From: Myxococcota bacterium
GTDB lineage: Bacteria > Myxococcota_A > Polyangia > Nannocystales > Nannocystaceae
Assembly: GCA_039028615.1 (NCBI GenBank)
Contig: JBCCHT010000019.1
Location: forward strand, 152,267-216,266
DNA: 64,000 bases
Reading direction: 5' to 3'
Shown here: one piece after another, positions 29,774-39,753 of the stretch
How the letters are laid out: every line of letters starts with the position of its first letter
Position numbering within the stretch: position 1 is the first letter of the stretch
Program-made: the position numbers and the translations under genes
Notes under the pieces: model-generated
Told to the model about the DNA's origin: nothing
The model's input: the letters and a program-made list of their open reading frames with translations, nothing else
Database searches by the model: none

Positions 29774-31080
29774 CGGAAACGGATCTATTCACCCTCAGGC
29801 GCGTCATCGACACCTTCGACCCTTGGCCGCGGGACGAACATCGGTGGATACCCCCTGTCGTGGTCCCCACTGACGACGCCGTAACGAGCCCTCTGCGCCG
29901 ACGCAGATCGAGCCTCGCCGCCTGGGCCTTGGCCCTCTCGGCGTTCGCCGTGCTGGGGATTCGAGAGTTCACCGGTCACTCGGGCTCGCTCGCGGGGCAC
30001 CCGTTCGCCGCGCAGGGCGAGGCCTGTCGCGGCCTCGCCCGCACGGCCGTCATCCCCGCTCCGCCCGCCGCACCACCGTCCATGCCTCCCGTGGCCGCCG
30101 CCCCCGAGCGTGAAGACGACGGCCCCGCGTTCACCCGCTACGGCAACTTCGCCATCACCCACGAGCGCTTTCGTTCGCGTGGCAATCGCAACGAGATCAT
30201 CGAGCGCATCGTGGGGCCCGGCTACCGACACGCCGACTGGCGCGACGTCCTCACCGTGCCGGGTGACGGTGGAGGGCTGCTGGACGTCGTCGAGTTCATG
30301 GAGCGGCTACACATCGGCCCCGGAAAGCAGACACCCCTGGTGACGCTGCGCGGCAAAGAGACCCGCTGGGATCGCAAGCGCAAGACGACGCGAGATTTCT
30401 TCGTCATGGGGCTGAGCGGAAAGAAGACCCGGCACGGAGACGTCGAGGCCGACTACCGCAAGCTGATCGCGGTGGGGTCATGGCAAGGGCGACGCCCCCT
30501 GCTGGCCGTCCGCAAGACCCCGCCGCTCGACTACTTCGAGGGTTTTCGCCGCCGTCGGCTCCCCCGCGGCTGGGAGGCGGACAACGGCAGCCAACACCCC
30601 TGCAAGATCTTCGTCGAGTCGAGGCACCTCACCCTCGATCTCCACCCCAACGCCGGAGGTTATGTCAGCGGCGGCGTGTTCACCGACGTCGATCTGCCCG
30701 TCTCCAACGACACGGTGATCGGCTTCGACATGTTCACGCTGACCTCGTCGATCGATCCCACGCAGCGTACGAGCGACGAGCAGCGCGTAGGCTCGACCAT
30801 CACCCTCGACCTCGTGCTCCAAGACGGCCGCACGGTGCAGACCAGCTATGCCTACGGCTTCTACCTGGAGCGCGGCTTCACCGAGCGCCCCGGCTGGAAG
30901 CAGGTCCAGCGTCACCAACCCCGCATGGTGTGGCAGCGCGGGCTCCGTCACCGCATCCGCGACACGTGGCCCGATGCCGTCGCGCTGCGCCGCATCGCCT
31001 TCCATGGCTACGGCAAGCGCTACGAGGTGAGCCTCGACAACCTCATGGTGTTCGAGCTCCCCGCCGGCTGGGCGCTATGA
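29761..31080 (+). CDS. Hypothetical membrane-anchored protein
   Basis: Long ORF with one TM segment (LAAWALALSAFAVLGI), a Pro-rich linker and a globular C-terminus. Confidence 0.65.
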   Translation: MSATTETDLFTLRRVIDTFDPWPRDEHRWIPPVVVPTDDAVTSPLRRRRSSLAAWALALSAFAVLGIREFTGHSGSLAGHPFAAQGEACRGLARTAVIPAPPAAPPSMPPVAAAPEREDDGPAFTRYGNFAITHERFRSRGNRNEIIERIVGPGYRHADWRDVLTVPGDGGGLLDVVEFMERLHIGPGKQTPLVTLRGKETRWDRKRKTTRDFFVMGLSGKKTRHGDVEADYRKLIAVGSWQGRRPLLAVRKTPPLDYFEGFRRRRLPRGWEADNGSQHPCKIFVESRHLTLDLHPNAGGYVSGGVFTDVDLPVSNDTVIGFDMFTLTSSIDPTQRTSDEQRVGSTITLDLVLQDGRTVQTSYAYGFYLERGFTERPGWKQVQRHQPRMVWQRGLRHRIRDTWPDAVALRRIAFHGYGKRYEVSLDNLMVFELPAGWAL

Positions 31081-31082
31081 GC

Positions 31083-33857
31083 CTACTTGCGCCACGTGAC
31101 CTGCACGGTGGCCTTCGCCCCCTCGGGCGCGCCTTCGCCGGGCGCCTGCACCTCGAACGAAAAACCCAGGTCGGGCACGGCCGCGCTGGTGAAGGGTAGG
31201 TGCTCGTTCATGGTGGGCTGACCGTCGTCGAAGCGGGTCTTGGCCGCAGACTCGACCTCGCCCTTCTTCACGAGCGCACCATCGACGACCTCGAACCACT
31301 CCATCGCGGCCGGGAACGGCTCATGTGAAAATGGAGCGTCCTGGGTCTGCATGTAGCGAAAGGTCGAGGGGCGGAGGCGGAACTTGCCCGCACGCTGGTC
31401 GAACATCTCGCCCGCCCGCGCCCAGCGGGCGCGCTCGGGACCCGGCAGGAAGTCGTCGATCTCGTAGCCGTAGCGCAGGGGCTTGCCGTCCACGAGCAAG
31501 GCACGGGCCGGCGGCGTCTCGCCGGAACAGCCCGGCTCCCCCTTGGGCGGGAAGTCGGCCGGGTAGTACTCGGGGCTGCGCACGAAGCAGACGGTCTTGG
31601 CAAAGGCCGCCCGGAGCTTGGCCTGGTCCTCGTCGGCGACCGCGTAGCGGGTGTCGTTGGCGGCCGCGCTCCCCTGGAACCAGGCGGAGAACTCGGGCAC
31701 CTCGATCTCGTTGGGGTTGGCGTCGACGACCAGCAGCGAGCCCTTCCCCGGGCCGTTGTCTGCCGGGTCGTTTTGGCTCCACGCGTACTCGCCGTCGAAG
31801 TACCACAGCACGACTCCCGGTCGGGGTCGGCGCACCATCGCTCGCATCGTGCCGTCGGTGGGCGAGGCAAAGAAGCGATGACTGGTGCGCGCCAGGGTTC
31901 GATCGTAGCGGTCTTCGCCCGAGGCCGCGGTCGGGTCGCGATACTCGAGCACGTAGTAATGCGGCACCAGTAGCTCCTGCTTGGCCGGGCTCCGCGAGAA
32001 GCCATCGAGCACCCACGACTCGGCGTCCGACTCGAAGTCGAAGGCCCCCTCACGCCCGGTGACGGTCACGTTGTCGACCACCAGCCCGCGCATGACCGCC
32101 GCCATGTCGGTGAAGTAGCGCAGCCGGATCTTGGCCTGCGTGCCCCGCAGCGAGGACAGATCGAACTTCACCTTCACCCAGCTCGGCTGGAGGCAGGGCA
32201 GCGTCTTGCCCACCCGCTCGTCGGCGGGAGGCAAGGCCTGGCTGGGATCGCAAGAGGAACGGCTCTCGTTCTTGCCATCACCGTCGAGGTCACCCGACAG
32301 CCCGGTGAACCCGGGGAGCGTGGTCTTGCCGTCGTGCCCGTGCTTGGCGGGCATGTGCGCCCGGTCGGTGGGCAACAAGCGGGTCCAGGTGACGCCATCG
32401 TCGGTGGTGGCCTCGACGTAGGCGAAGTCCCAGCCCGCTTCGATCTCCCACCACGCATCGAATTCGAGGGTCAGCGGCCCCTCGGGGGCCTCGGTGAAAT
32501 CCACGGGCAGCGTGGCGGTGCGCCGCATCTCGTTGCCCTGCCCGCTGTACAGCGCCAGCGTCCCCGACGGATAGGGCTCGAGCGCGATCGTGCGGCGCTT
32601 GGGTGGCAGCACCACCATCGCGGCCCGATTGGCGTCCGCGCCCGTCACCCCATCGAGCGCGACCAAGTCCACCGCCGCCTCGCGTTCGCCTCCGGCCGAC
32701 GGGTGCCGCAGCACGGTGGGCTCGAGCCACCCCAGCTGCATCCGCGACCAGGCCGACAGGCTCTGCGGGGAAGTCGACGCCGTGCTCGACATCAGCTCCC
32801 ACGCCCCGGTGGAGTTGGTGGTCTTCTTGGCGTAGACGTCGGGCAGGCCGATGGAGTGGCCGAACTCGTGCACGAAGGTATCGATGCTCGTGTACTCCGA
32901 CTGCATGTTGTAGTCGCGAGCCCACAGCGTCTCGGTAATGGGCGCCCCGCCGCGGCGGTTGTCGCCCTTGGGCAGGTCTGGGCCCAGCCCCTCGCGCCGC
33001 TGGATCATGAAGCGATGCGGCCATAGTCGCTCGGCGCACTCTCGCTGCCGCGGCGTGAGCGTGGCGAGCACCTTCGGCGTCGCGTCTTGCACGAGCACCT
33101 TGTCCAGCTCGTTGAGCCGCTGGCAGCTCGATTGCCCGGCCCCGGCGTAGATCAGCACGAAGTGGTCGATGTAGCCGTCCGCTTCGTCGAGTTCACCGTC
33201 CCCGTCGTGATCGTTGGGATCCCAGCGATCGTAGTCGCCCCACGAAAGATCGGGATGCGCTGCGCCGAGCTGGCCGAGCGCCTCCTCGACCATGCCCTCG
33301 GTGTCGTGGTCGCTCCGCCACTCGCCGCCCTCGGGCTTGTGCGGCGCGCCGTAGGCCGCACGCGGCTTGGACAGGGTCACGGGCGGGAGCACCTTACCCA
33401 GCACGTGGTACTTCCCGCCGCTCTGATCCGCGTAGTAGTGGGACAGCGTATCGCGACGCTCGAAGGTCGGGTCGAAGAGCATCTGCTGGTAGAAGTCGGC
33501 CAGCTGCTCGCCTTGCTCGGGCGTGTCCGCGAAGCGGTCGAAGTGCTTGTCGGGGAAGTCGACCAACACCACCAACAGCTGGTGAGGGCGCTCCTTCGTC
33601 GCACGCGGCGAAGGGGCGGAGTCCCAGTTGGTGACCGGGTTCCCCAGCTCGGAGAAGCGCAGATCGGCGAGCGCCTCGACCAGCGTCCCCTCGGGGGTCG
33701 TCGGCTTCGCCTTGGGCTCGACTCCCGGTTTCGCCGCCGCGGCCGGCTTGGCCGGCCCTTGCTTCTTCGCGTTGGCGTCCGAAGTTCCCTTGGACCCCGA
33801 GCAGCCGGCCAGACCGACGAGCAACAGGGGGAGCAACAGCCGGCTCGAGTTCGACAT
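31083..33857 (-). CDS. Immune inhibitor A (M6 family) metallopeptidase lipoprotein
   Basis: LAGC lipobox; LVVLVDFPD, DGYIDHFVLIYAG, HEFGHSIGLPD, WELMS, WWEIEAGWDFAYVE. Confidence 0.9.
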   Translation of the reverse strand: MSNSSRLLLPLLLVGLAGCSGSKGTSDANAKKQGPAKPAAAAKPGVEPKAKPTTPEGTLVEALADLRFSELGNPVTNWDSAPSPRATKERPHQLLVVLVDFPDKHFDRFADTPEQGEQLADFYQQMLFDPTFERRDTLSHYYADQSGGKYHVLGKVLPPVTLSKPRAAYGAPHKPEGGEWRSDHDTEGMVEEALGQLGAAHPDLSWGDYDRWDPNDHDGDGELDEADGYIDHFVLIYAGAGQSSCQRLNELDKVLVQDATPKVLATLTPRQRECAERLWPHRFMIQRREGLGPDLPKGDNRRGGAPITETLWARDYNMQSEYTSIDTFVHEFGHSIGLPDVYAKKTTNSTGAWELMSSTASTSPQSLSAWSRMQLGWLEPTVLRHPSAGGEREAAVDLVALDGVTGADANRAAMVVLPPKRRTIALEPYPSGTLALYSGQGNEMRRTATLPVDFTEAPEGPLTLEFDAWWEIEAGWDFAYVEATTDDGVTWTRLLPTDRAHMPAKHGHDGKTTLPGFTGLSGDLDGDGKNESRSSCDPSQALPPADERVGKTLPCLQPSWVKVKFDLSSLRGTQAKIRLRYFTDMAAVMRGLVVDNVTVTGREGAFDFESDAESWVLDGFSRSPAKQELLVPHYYVLEYRDPTAASGEDRYDRTLARTSHRFFASPTDGTMRAMVRRPRPGVVLWYFDGEYAWSQNDPADNGPGKGSLLVVDANPNEIEVPEFSAWFQGSAAANDTRYAVADEDQAKLRAAFAKTVCFVRSPEYYPADFPPKGEPGCSGETPPARALLVDGKPLRYGYEIDDFLPGPERARWARAGEMFDQRAGKFRLRPSTFRYMQTQDAPFSHEPFPAAMEWFEVVDGALVKKGEVESAAKTRFDDGQPTMNEHLPFTSAAVPDLGFSFEVQAPGEGAPEGAKATVQVTWRK

Positions 33858-33907
33858 GGCGTCGATCTATCACAAGATCGACGCCCGGCGTCGGCCCGGG
33901 CCGGGGC

Positions 33908-35014
33908 TCACTTGCCGCCGACGTGGTCCATGCTCGCGGCGACGAGCTTCTCGAGCTTGTCCTCGTTGGTGCGGAAGCGGGTGGCCTTCATCTTGGTCAT
34001 GAAGTGCCTCACCGCGGGCGCGTAACGGCTGCTGGCGTGGTCCTTCAGGAAGCGCTCGTAGGACGCTCGGTACTCCGGCGTGACCAGGCAGGGGGGTCGC
34101 TCGAAGTCACGCAGGCAGATCTCGAGATAGGTCCGCGCCATCACGTCGGCGCTGGACTTGGCGTCGCTGGACCACACCGGATCGGACTTGCTGCTTACCG
34201 CCTCCCACTTGATCACCGCCTCGGCGACCTCGTCGGCGTTGCCCACGAACCCCGGCTCGTCCCAGGCGTCGTCGACCTTGTCCGCCTCCCAGGCCTTCGC
34301 GGTGTAGAAGGCCTTGGCCTGCGGCGACAGCCCCGGGGCCATCGCGGTCACGAACCAGGCGTGGTCGAGCTCGAGGTCGTACTCGCCCTCGCCCAGGTAG
34401 GCCACCCGCAGCCCCAGCGACTCGAAGAGCTTCACCTTGTCGCGAGCGCCATCGGTCATCTCGTCGTCGAGGCAGTTCTTGCTCATGAAGCAGATGGCGG
34501 GCTGGATGTCCGGCGAGTCGTACTCCCCGTGGGTCAGCTGCGGGAGGTTGCCTTTCCAGAACTCGAGCAGCGCCTCGATGGCCTTGCGACGGGTGGCCTC
34601 GTCGATCTTCGCCCCCGGCTTGCCGAAGGTGGCGTTGAACATCGCCATCGCCTTGGCCGATTTGTCCGGATTGGCGAAGTCGAGCTTGCGGATCTCCTCC
34701 ACGAAGGACTCGGGAGGCACGCCGGGCCCAGCATCGGCGCTCGGACTCGCGTCGGCGTCCGCCTTGGCATCCGCGTCCGCCTTGCCCTTGGCGTCATCGG
34801 CTTTGCCCTTGGCATCCGCGTCCGCCTTGTTCTTCGCATCCGTCGCCTTGGCGGCGTCGCCTTCCTTCTTCGCATCGGCGTCGGCCTTGCCCTTCGTCTG
34901 CGCCTTCGCTTCCGCCGTAGCGTCCGCTTTGGCCTTCGTTTCCTTCTTGGGATCGCTCGAAGCCGAATCGCAGGCCACGAGAAGAGCGATGGGGACGAGA
35001 TACTTCTTGAGCAT
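33908..35014 (-). CDS. Hypothetical lipoprotein with KADADAK-rich N-terminal linker
   Basis: MLKKYLVPIALLVAC lipobox; low-complexity linker followed by a helical domain. Confidence 0.78.
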   Translation of the reverse strand: MLKKYLVPIALLVACDSASSDPKKETKAKADATAEAKAQTKGKADADAKKEGDAAKATDAKNKADADAKGKADDAKGKADADAKADADASPSADAGPGVPPESFVEEIRKLDFANPDKSAKAMAMFNATFGKPGAKIDEATRRKAIEALLEFWKGNLPQLTHGEYDSPDIQPAICFMSKNCLDDEMTDGARDKVKLFESLGLRVAYLGEGEYDLELDHAWFVTAMAPGLSPQAKAFYTAKAWEADKVDDAWDEPGFVGNADEVAEAVIKWEAVSSKSDPVWSSDAKSSADVMARTYLEICLRDFERPPCLVTPEYRASYERFLKDHASSRYAPAVRHFMTKMKATRFRTNEDKLEKLVAASMDHVGGK

Positions 35015-35468
35015 GGCGAAACTCGGGTCTGGGAAGAGGGTATGTCGTAGCGCCCGCCCTTCATTCACTCGCCGGCCCCGAAAATCGTGAGCATACTCCG
35101 TCGGGCTCGCAGGGGCGGCTCCCTCGTCGCGACGGCGCCCGCTCGCCTTAATCTTCACCTGTTTTTTCGCGAGACAGACGAGAGCGTCACCGTCGCGCTC
35201 GGCCGGAGCCATACGTCGGCATCGCGCCGTCACAGGCTGTCGACAGCCTTCACCCGGCTTTGATGCGCTAGGTGGCCGTCTTGACGGGGTGACGGCCGCT
35301 GATAGTTTGGCGTTCGTCGTGAAAACTCGATCGCCCGCATGCCGCGGGTGAAGGCAATGTGCCAGTCCGTCGCACGTAGAGGCATGACCACCACCGTGGT
35401 TCATGCGCTGCGTGTTTGCGGGGGTACGAGCCAGTCACGGCACTTCGCACGAACGAGGAAGCATCAGG

Positions 35469-36227
35469 ATGAAGCACTACCACGCTCTTTTCATTGCACT
35501 TGCCGTGAGCGGCGGATGTACGGCCGAACCGGCGGGTCCCGAGGACCTGCGGGATCTCGAAGTCGACGCCACGGGCACGGTCGACCTCATCGACGACCTC
35601 GACGAGCTCGATGAAGACACGCCCGAAGCCCCGATGGAGGCGGCGGACGAGCTCTCCGACGAAACACGAGCCGTCGCGGGCGACTTCAACCTCCAGGCGC
35701 ACCTGCAGGGCGGCGGAGACTGGGCCCTCATCTCGTGGGAGACGCCCCAGCACTACAACCACACCATTTGCTGGAAAGAAGCCGACGAGCCCGGCCGGCC
35801 CTGTACCCACAACCAGGTGCCGATCCACTCGAGTGACCCGAACTACCTTCCCGATACCGAAACGCGGCTGTGGGGGTTTTACGATCTCGAATGCGACACC
35901 GAGTACATGCTCCGGGTCAAGCGCAGCTTGCTGAACTACGACACGATCACGTTCAGCACGCCGGAGTGCACCTGCGAGCCCGAGGAGCACTGCCCCTATG
36001 GCGGTTGGTTCGACGGCGCGAACTGTAGCTTCGGTGAGGCCCCCGCGGGCACCACCGCCTTCGTCTACGCGGGCAGCTACTACCATACGCCACGCCCGTC
36101 GTGGCCCTTCTGCCCGATCTCCGGCTCGACCTTCGACACCGTCAACTGCCGAGTGCGACCGGTGCCCGCCGGAGCCAACCCGTTCATCAATGCCAACCAT
36201 TGGTACTACTCGTCGGAGTGCGAGTAG
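35469..36227 (+). CDS. Hypothetical Cys-containing lipoprotein
   Basis: GAGG upstream; SGGC lipobox; FnIII-like middle segment; two C-P-x-G-x-x-FD-x-x-NC repeats. Confidence 0.75.
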   Translation: MKHYHALFIALAVSGGCTAEPAGPEDLRDLEVDATGTVDLIDDLDELDEDTPEAPMEAADELSDETRAVAGDFNLQAHLQGGGDWALISWETPQHYNHTICWKEADEPGRPCTHNQVPIHSSDPNYLPDTETRLWGFYDLECDTEYMLRVKRSLLNYDTITFSTPECTCEPEEHCPYGGWFDGANCSFGEAPAGTTAFVYAGSYYHTPRPSWPFCPISGSTFDTVNCRVRPVPAGANPFINANHWYYSSECE

Positions 36228-36622
36228 GCCCGCGCTGACGCGCACGTGAGCGCGGCGTCATGATGAACGCCGACGCGACGGGGACCGCCGGAGCCAACAC
36301 GAGCGACGGTGGTCCCCGTGATCGCGCGCGCACACGTCTACCGTGCAGTAATTGCTGCGCATCATTGTCGGCGTCTTTGCGCGTGGTCCCGACGGCCAGC
36401 GTCGACATGGGTAGAGCCCATCCTCGGACCGCATGGTTGTCGATCCGGTGAACTGCGTCATTGCCCCGAGAAAACGCGTATCCATGACGCAATGGCCCAT
36501 CGAGGACCTGCCCGACATCAAGCGTGGAGCAACGGATCGTTCGACTCGATCCGTGACTTTTCCATCGATGTGGAGATTTTTCCGAACTGTAAGGACTGTT
36601 CGATCCGCGGAAAGACCCGACC

Positions 36623-37840
36623 GTGGATGCACGGACGATCGTCACTGCGGGCCTGCTTTGCCTCACCGGGGCTTGCCAGTATCAGCTCGCCGACAATGGA
36701 CCCGGCTGGGGCACGGATGCCGTCGACGACGGCACCGAGCCCACGTCCGCGGGCGAGACCGACGATGCGCTCGACTCCAGTGACGACGACGGCGACGACG
36801 GGCTGAAGCTCGACGTCGGAGACGGCCAAGGAGGTGGCGCCGACGATGGAGGCGGCAACCACTATTGCGACGACGTCATCCCCACGCCGGTCTCCTGCGA
36901 CTCGCAGGACGACGACCCGCTGCACGCCATTGGAGTCAATTGCGACGAAGACGACGGAGTGCTCGCCGACGGCGGATTCACGGGCAACGACCAGGCCCTG
37001 ATGGTGCTGGCGGGCACGCTGGGCAACGACACGTACCCGCCCCAAGAGGGCAACAAGGTCATCGTGTTGTCGACCGGTGTCGCCAGTCAGATCACCGCGA
37101 CCCCGGCCGAGCTGGCCGCGCTGGCTCCCGAGTGCGAGGCCTTCGATGGCGTGGCAGCCGACTGCCCGTCGACCGAGCTTCCCGGCTTCGACTACCAGGA
37201 CTTGCCCGCGCCGCTGGACGTGAACCCGGTCGACCCGACCATGGCCAGCGACTGCAACGACGACCCCGGTCTCATCGCCAGCGGAGACTGCTCCAACACC
37301 CTGTGGGACCAGTGGCAGGCAGCCGGAGGCGGCATGCCCGGGATCCCCGGCGAACCCGGCCTGGGAGTGTCCACCGCCAACGACTACGCCGAGGTTCGCC
37401 TGGACATCAGCGTCCCCGCCGACAAGCACGGGCTCGGCTTCGACTTCGCGTTCATGTCGGTCGAATACCCCAACTACTACCAGTCATCGTTCAACGACAT
37501 GTTCGTGGCCTGGGCCGAGTCGGAGCACTGGACGGGCAACATCTCGTTCGATGAAGAGGGCAGCCCGATCACCGTCAATGCCGGGTTCCTCGACTACAAA
37601 GACGCGCCCAACACCTACGACTGTGCCGATTGCACTGCGCCCGAGCTGCACGACTTTGCGATGCAGGGCCATGGCGGCACGAAGTGGCTCACCAGCAGCA
37701 CCGAGGTCGAGCCGGGCGAAGACATGACCCTGATCTTCGCCGTCTTCGACCTCAGCGACGGGATCTTGGACTCGCTGGTCCTGCTCGACAACGTGCGGTG
37801 GACCTGCGGCGGTCCTCCCTCGACCACACCGGTCGGTTGA
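36623..37840 (+). CDS. Lipoprotein with choice-of-anchor L-like domain
   Basis: TGAC lipobox; VLSTG, FDFAFMSVEYPNY..SSFNDMF, VEPGE, FDLSDGILDSLVLLDN. Confidence 0.75.
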   Translation: MDARTIVTAGLLCLTGACQYQLADNGPGWGTDAVDDGTEPTSAGETDDALDSSDDDGDDGLKLDVGDGQGGGADDGGGNHYCDDVIPTPVSCDSQDDDPLHAIGVNCDEDDGVLADGGFTGNDQALMVLAGTLGNDTYPPQEGNKVIVLSTGVASQITATPAELAALAPECEAFDGVAADCPSTELPGFDYQDLPAPLDVNPVDPTMASDCNDDPGLIASGDCSNTLWDQWQAAGGGMPGIPGEPGLGVSTANDYAEVRLDISVPADKHGLGFDFAFMSVEYPNYYQSSFNDMFVAWAESEHWTGNISFDEEGSPITVNAGFLDYKDAPNTYDCADCTAPELHDFAMQGHGGTKWLTSSTEVEPGEDMTLIFAVFDLSDGILDSLVLLDNVRWTCGGPPSTTPVG

Positions 37841-38034
37841 TTTTTCCACGGGGTGCCCTCTCATCCAACCAATCCGCATCCAACTCCCCCCGAGGGGGCA
37901 CCCCGCGGATCTCTTTTCCTTCACCAAGTGCATTGGGGGCAATGCGCTGGTCCAGTCACCGTCGGGCTCGATGCGCCCGACGGTGGCCGGACACTCTTTC
38001 CTTCCTCGAAAACCAGTAGCTCCAAAGGACCGTC

Positions 38035-39468
38035 ATGGATCGTACTCGCCTTCGAATCTTCACCACCCTCGCCGCGGCCGGCTTCGCTCTCGTACCCCTG
38101 GTCTCGCAGGCAGCCGTGCCCGAGGCCGTGCCGGATACCGACGATCCGACGCCCATCTTCGGTGGCGACGACGTGCAGTCCTGCGGCTGGCCGACCACCG
38201 TGTCGATGCAGGGCGAGTGTACGGGCACCCTGGTGCACCCCCAGCTGGTCATCTACGCCGCGCACTGCGGCACCAACTACAGCAGCGTCGAGTTCGGCGA
38301 GCAGATTACCCCGGGCCACGCCCGCTCGGTGCCCACCGAGCGCTGCGAGGCCTATCCCTCGTTCGAGCTGGGCGCAGGCACCGACTGGGCGTTCTGCGTC
38401 CTGCAAGAACCCCAAAACGACATCGCCATCACCCCGCCGCTGATGGGCTGCGAGGTCGACGTGCTCCAGCCCGGCACCGAGGTCACCATCGTGGGCTACG
38501 GCCAGTCCGAGAACGGGTACGGCGACAAGAAAGAGGTCACCACGCAGTTCAACCAGTTCGAGGGCAACGAGGCGTTCATCGGCGGCGGCGGCGAAGACTC
38601 CTGCGGCGGCGACTCGGGCGGTCCGGTCTACGTCCGCATGCCCGACGGCGGTAGCTGGCGCGCCTTCGGCATCACCTCCTACGGCTCCGAGTGTGGCTCG
38701 GGCGGCTACTACTCGCTGATGCACACGGGCATGGATTGGTTCGAGACCCAGTCCGGCATCGACCTGACCCCGTGCCACGACGCCCAAGGCAATTGGGATC
38801 CAACGCCCGACTGCACCGGCTTTCCCATGGCCCCCGGCACCTCCGGCGGCAGCTGGAACGACGGCTGTGCCCCCGGCGACCTCAGCGGTCCCGAGAGCAC
38901 CTGCGGCGCGCCCTTCGACACCTCGAGCGACATGGACCCGCCGATCGTCACGTTCGTCAGCCCCGCCGACGAGGCGCGCTTCGACAGCGATCCGGGCAGC
39001 GGCACCGCCTCCGTGATGGTGGAGATCAGCGCCGACGACGGCGACGGCTTCGGCGTCGACACGGTGGAGCTGCTCGTGGACGGGATGAGCATCGACGGCG
39101 GCGTCTCCCAGTCCGCGCCGCATACCTACACCCTCAGCCTTCCCCCCGGAGCCTACGCTCTGGACGCGATCGCGGTGGATCAGGCGGGCAACGAAGGCGA
39201 GGCCGAGACCCTCTATATCGGGGTCGACATGGACGCCGAGCCCTCCGGTGACGAAGGGTCTGGCGATGGCGTGGAGACGGCCGACGGCACCGCCGGCGAC
39301 GATCTTCCCGGAGGGACCGCCGGCGACGACGGGGCGAGCTCGGGCGAGACCGCGGGTGGAGTCGATGGCGGCGATGATGGCTGTGGATGTCGTTCCGCCA
39401 GCCCCAGTCCGTGGTCGGCGATGTTCGGCCTCTTCGGTCTGATGGCGTTGCGTCGACGTCGTCGGTAG
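38035..39468 (+). CDS. Trypsin-like S1 serine protease with Ig-like domain and MYXO-CTERM tail
   Basis: AAHC, TDWAFC, DSCGGDSGGP; C-terminal GCGC-hydrophobic-RRRRR; AAGGA RBS. Confidence 0.92.
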   Translation: MDRTRLRIFTTLAAAGFALVPLVSQAAVPEAVPDTDDPTPIFGGDDVQSCGWPTTVSMQGECTGTLVHPQLVIYAAHCGTNYSSVEFGEQITPGHARSVPTERCEAYPSFELGAGTDWAFCVLQEPQNDIAITPPLMGCEVDVLQPGTEVTIVGYGQSENGYGDKKEVTTQFNQFEGNEAFIGGGGEDSCGGDSGGPVYVRMPDGGSWRAFGITSYGSECGSGGYYSLMHTGMDWFETQSGIDLTPCHDAQGNWDPTPDCTGFPMAPGTSGGSWNDGCAPGDLSGPESTCGAPFDTSSDMDPPIVTFVSPADEARFDSDPGSGTASVMVEISADDGDGFGVDTVELLVDGMSIDGGVSQSAPHTYTLSLPPGAYALDAIAVDQAGNEGEAETLYIGVDMDAEPSGDEGSGDGVETADGTAGDDLPGGTAGDDGASSGETAGGVDGGDDGCGCRSASPSPWSAMFGLFGLMALRRRRR

Positions 39469-39753
39469 ACGCTGACAACCAAAGTGCGAGCGCGTGTTCG
39501 CAGGTCACCACCTGCAGACACGCGCTCGTTTCGATTCCGGCATCGTTCGATCCGCTCGATGCAACGAAGCGCAGGGGATACGCCCACCGGGCAATCCCGG
39601 ACACGAGGAGAACGCGCAAATCGAATTGGAAGACTTGGGGTTCGTGAGTTCAGTTACCTCCTCACAAACCGGATTTTGTTAGGGTCGGCAACGAACATGA
39701 GCAGCCTTGTAGGGAATGAAGGATTGGCAGTGTCACCGCATTCAGCAAGCGTA

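Noticed and set aside
36228..36622. Short ORFs in the intergenic gap
   Set aside because: No recognisable motifs, RBS or codon bias; treated as non-coding.
39723..39740. GG-N10-GC sigma-54-like sequence before the second protease (a similar one lies near 51716)
   Set aside because: Weak match to TGGCAC-N5-TTGC and too close to the start codon; likely chance in GC-rich DNA.
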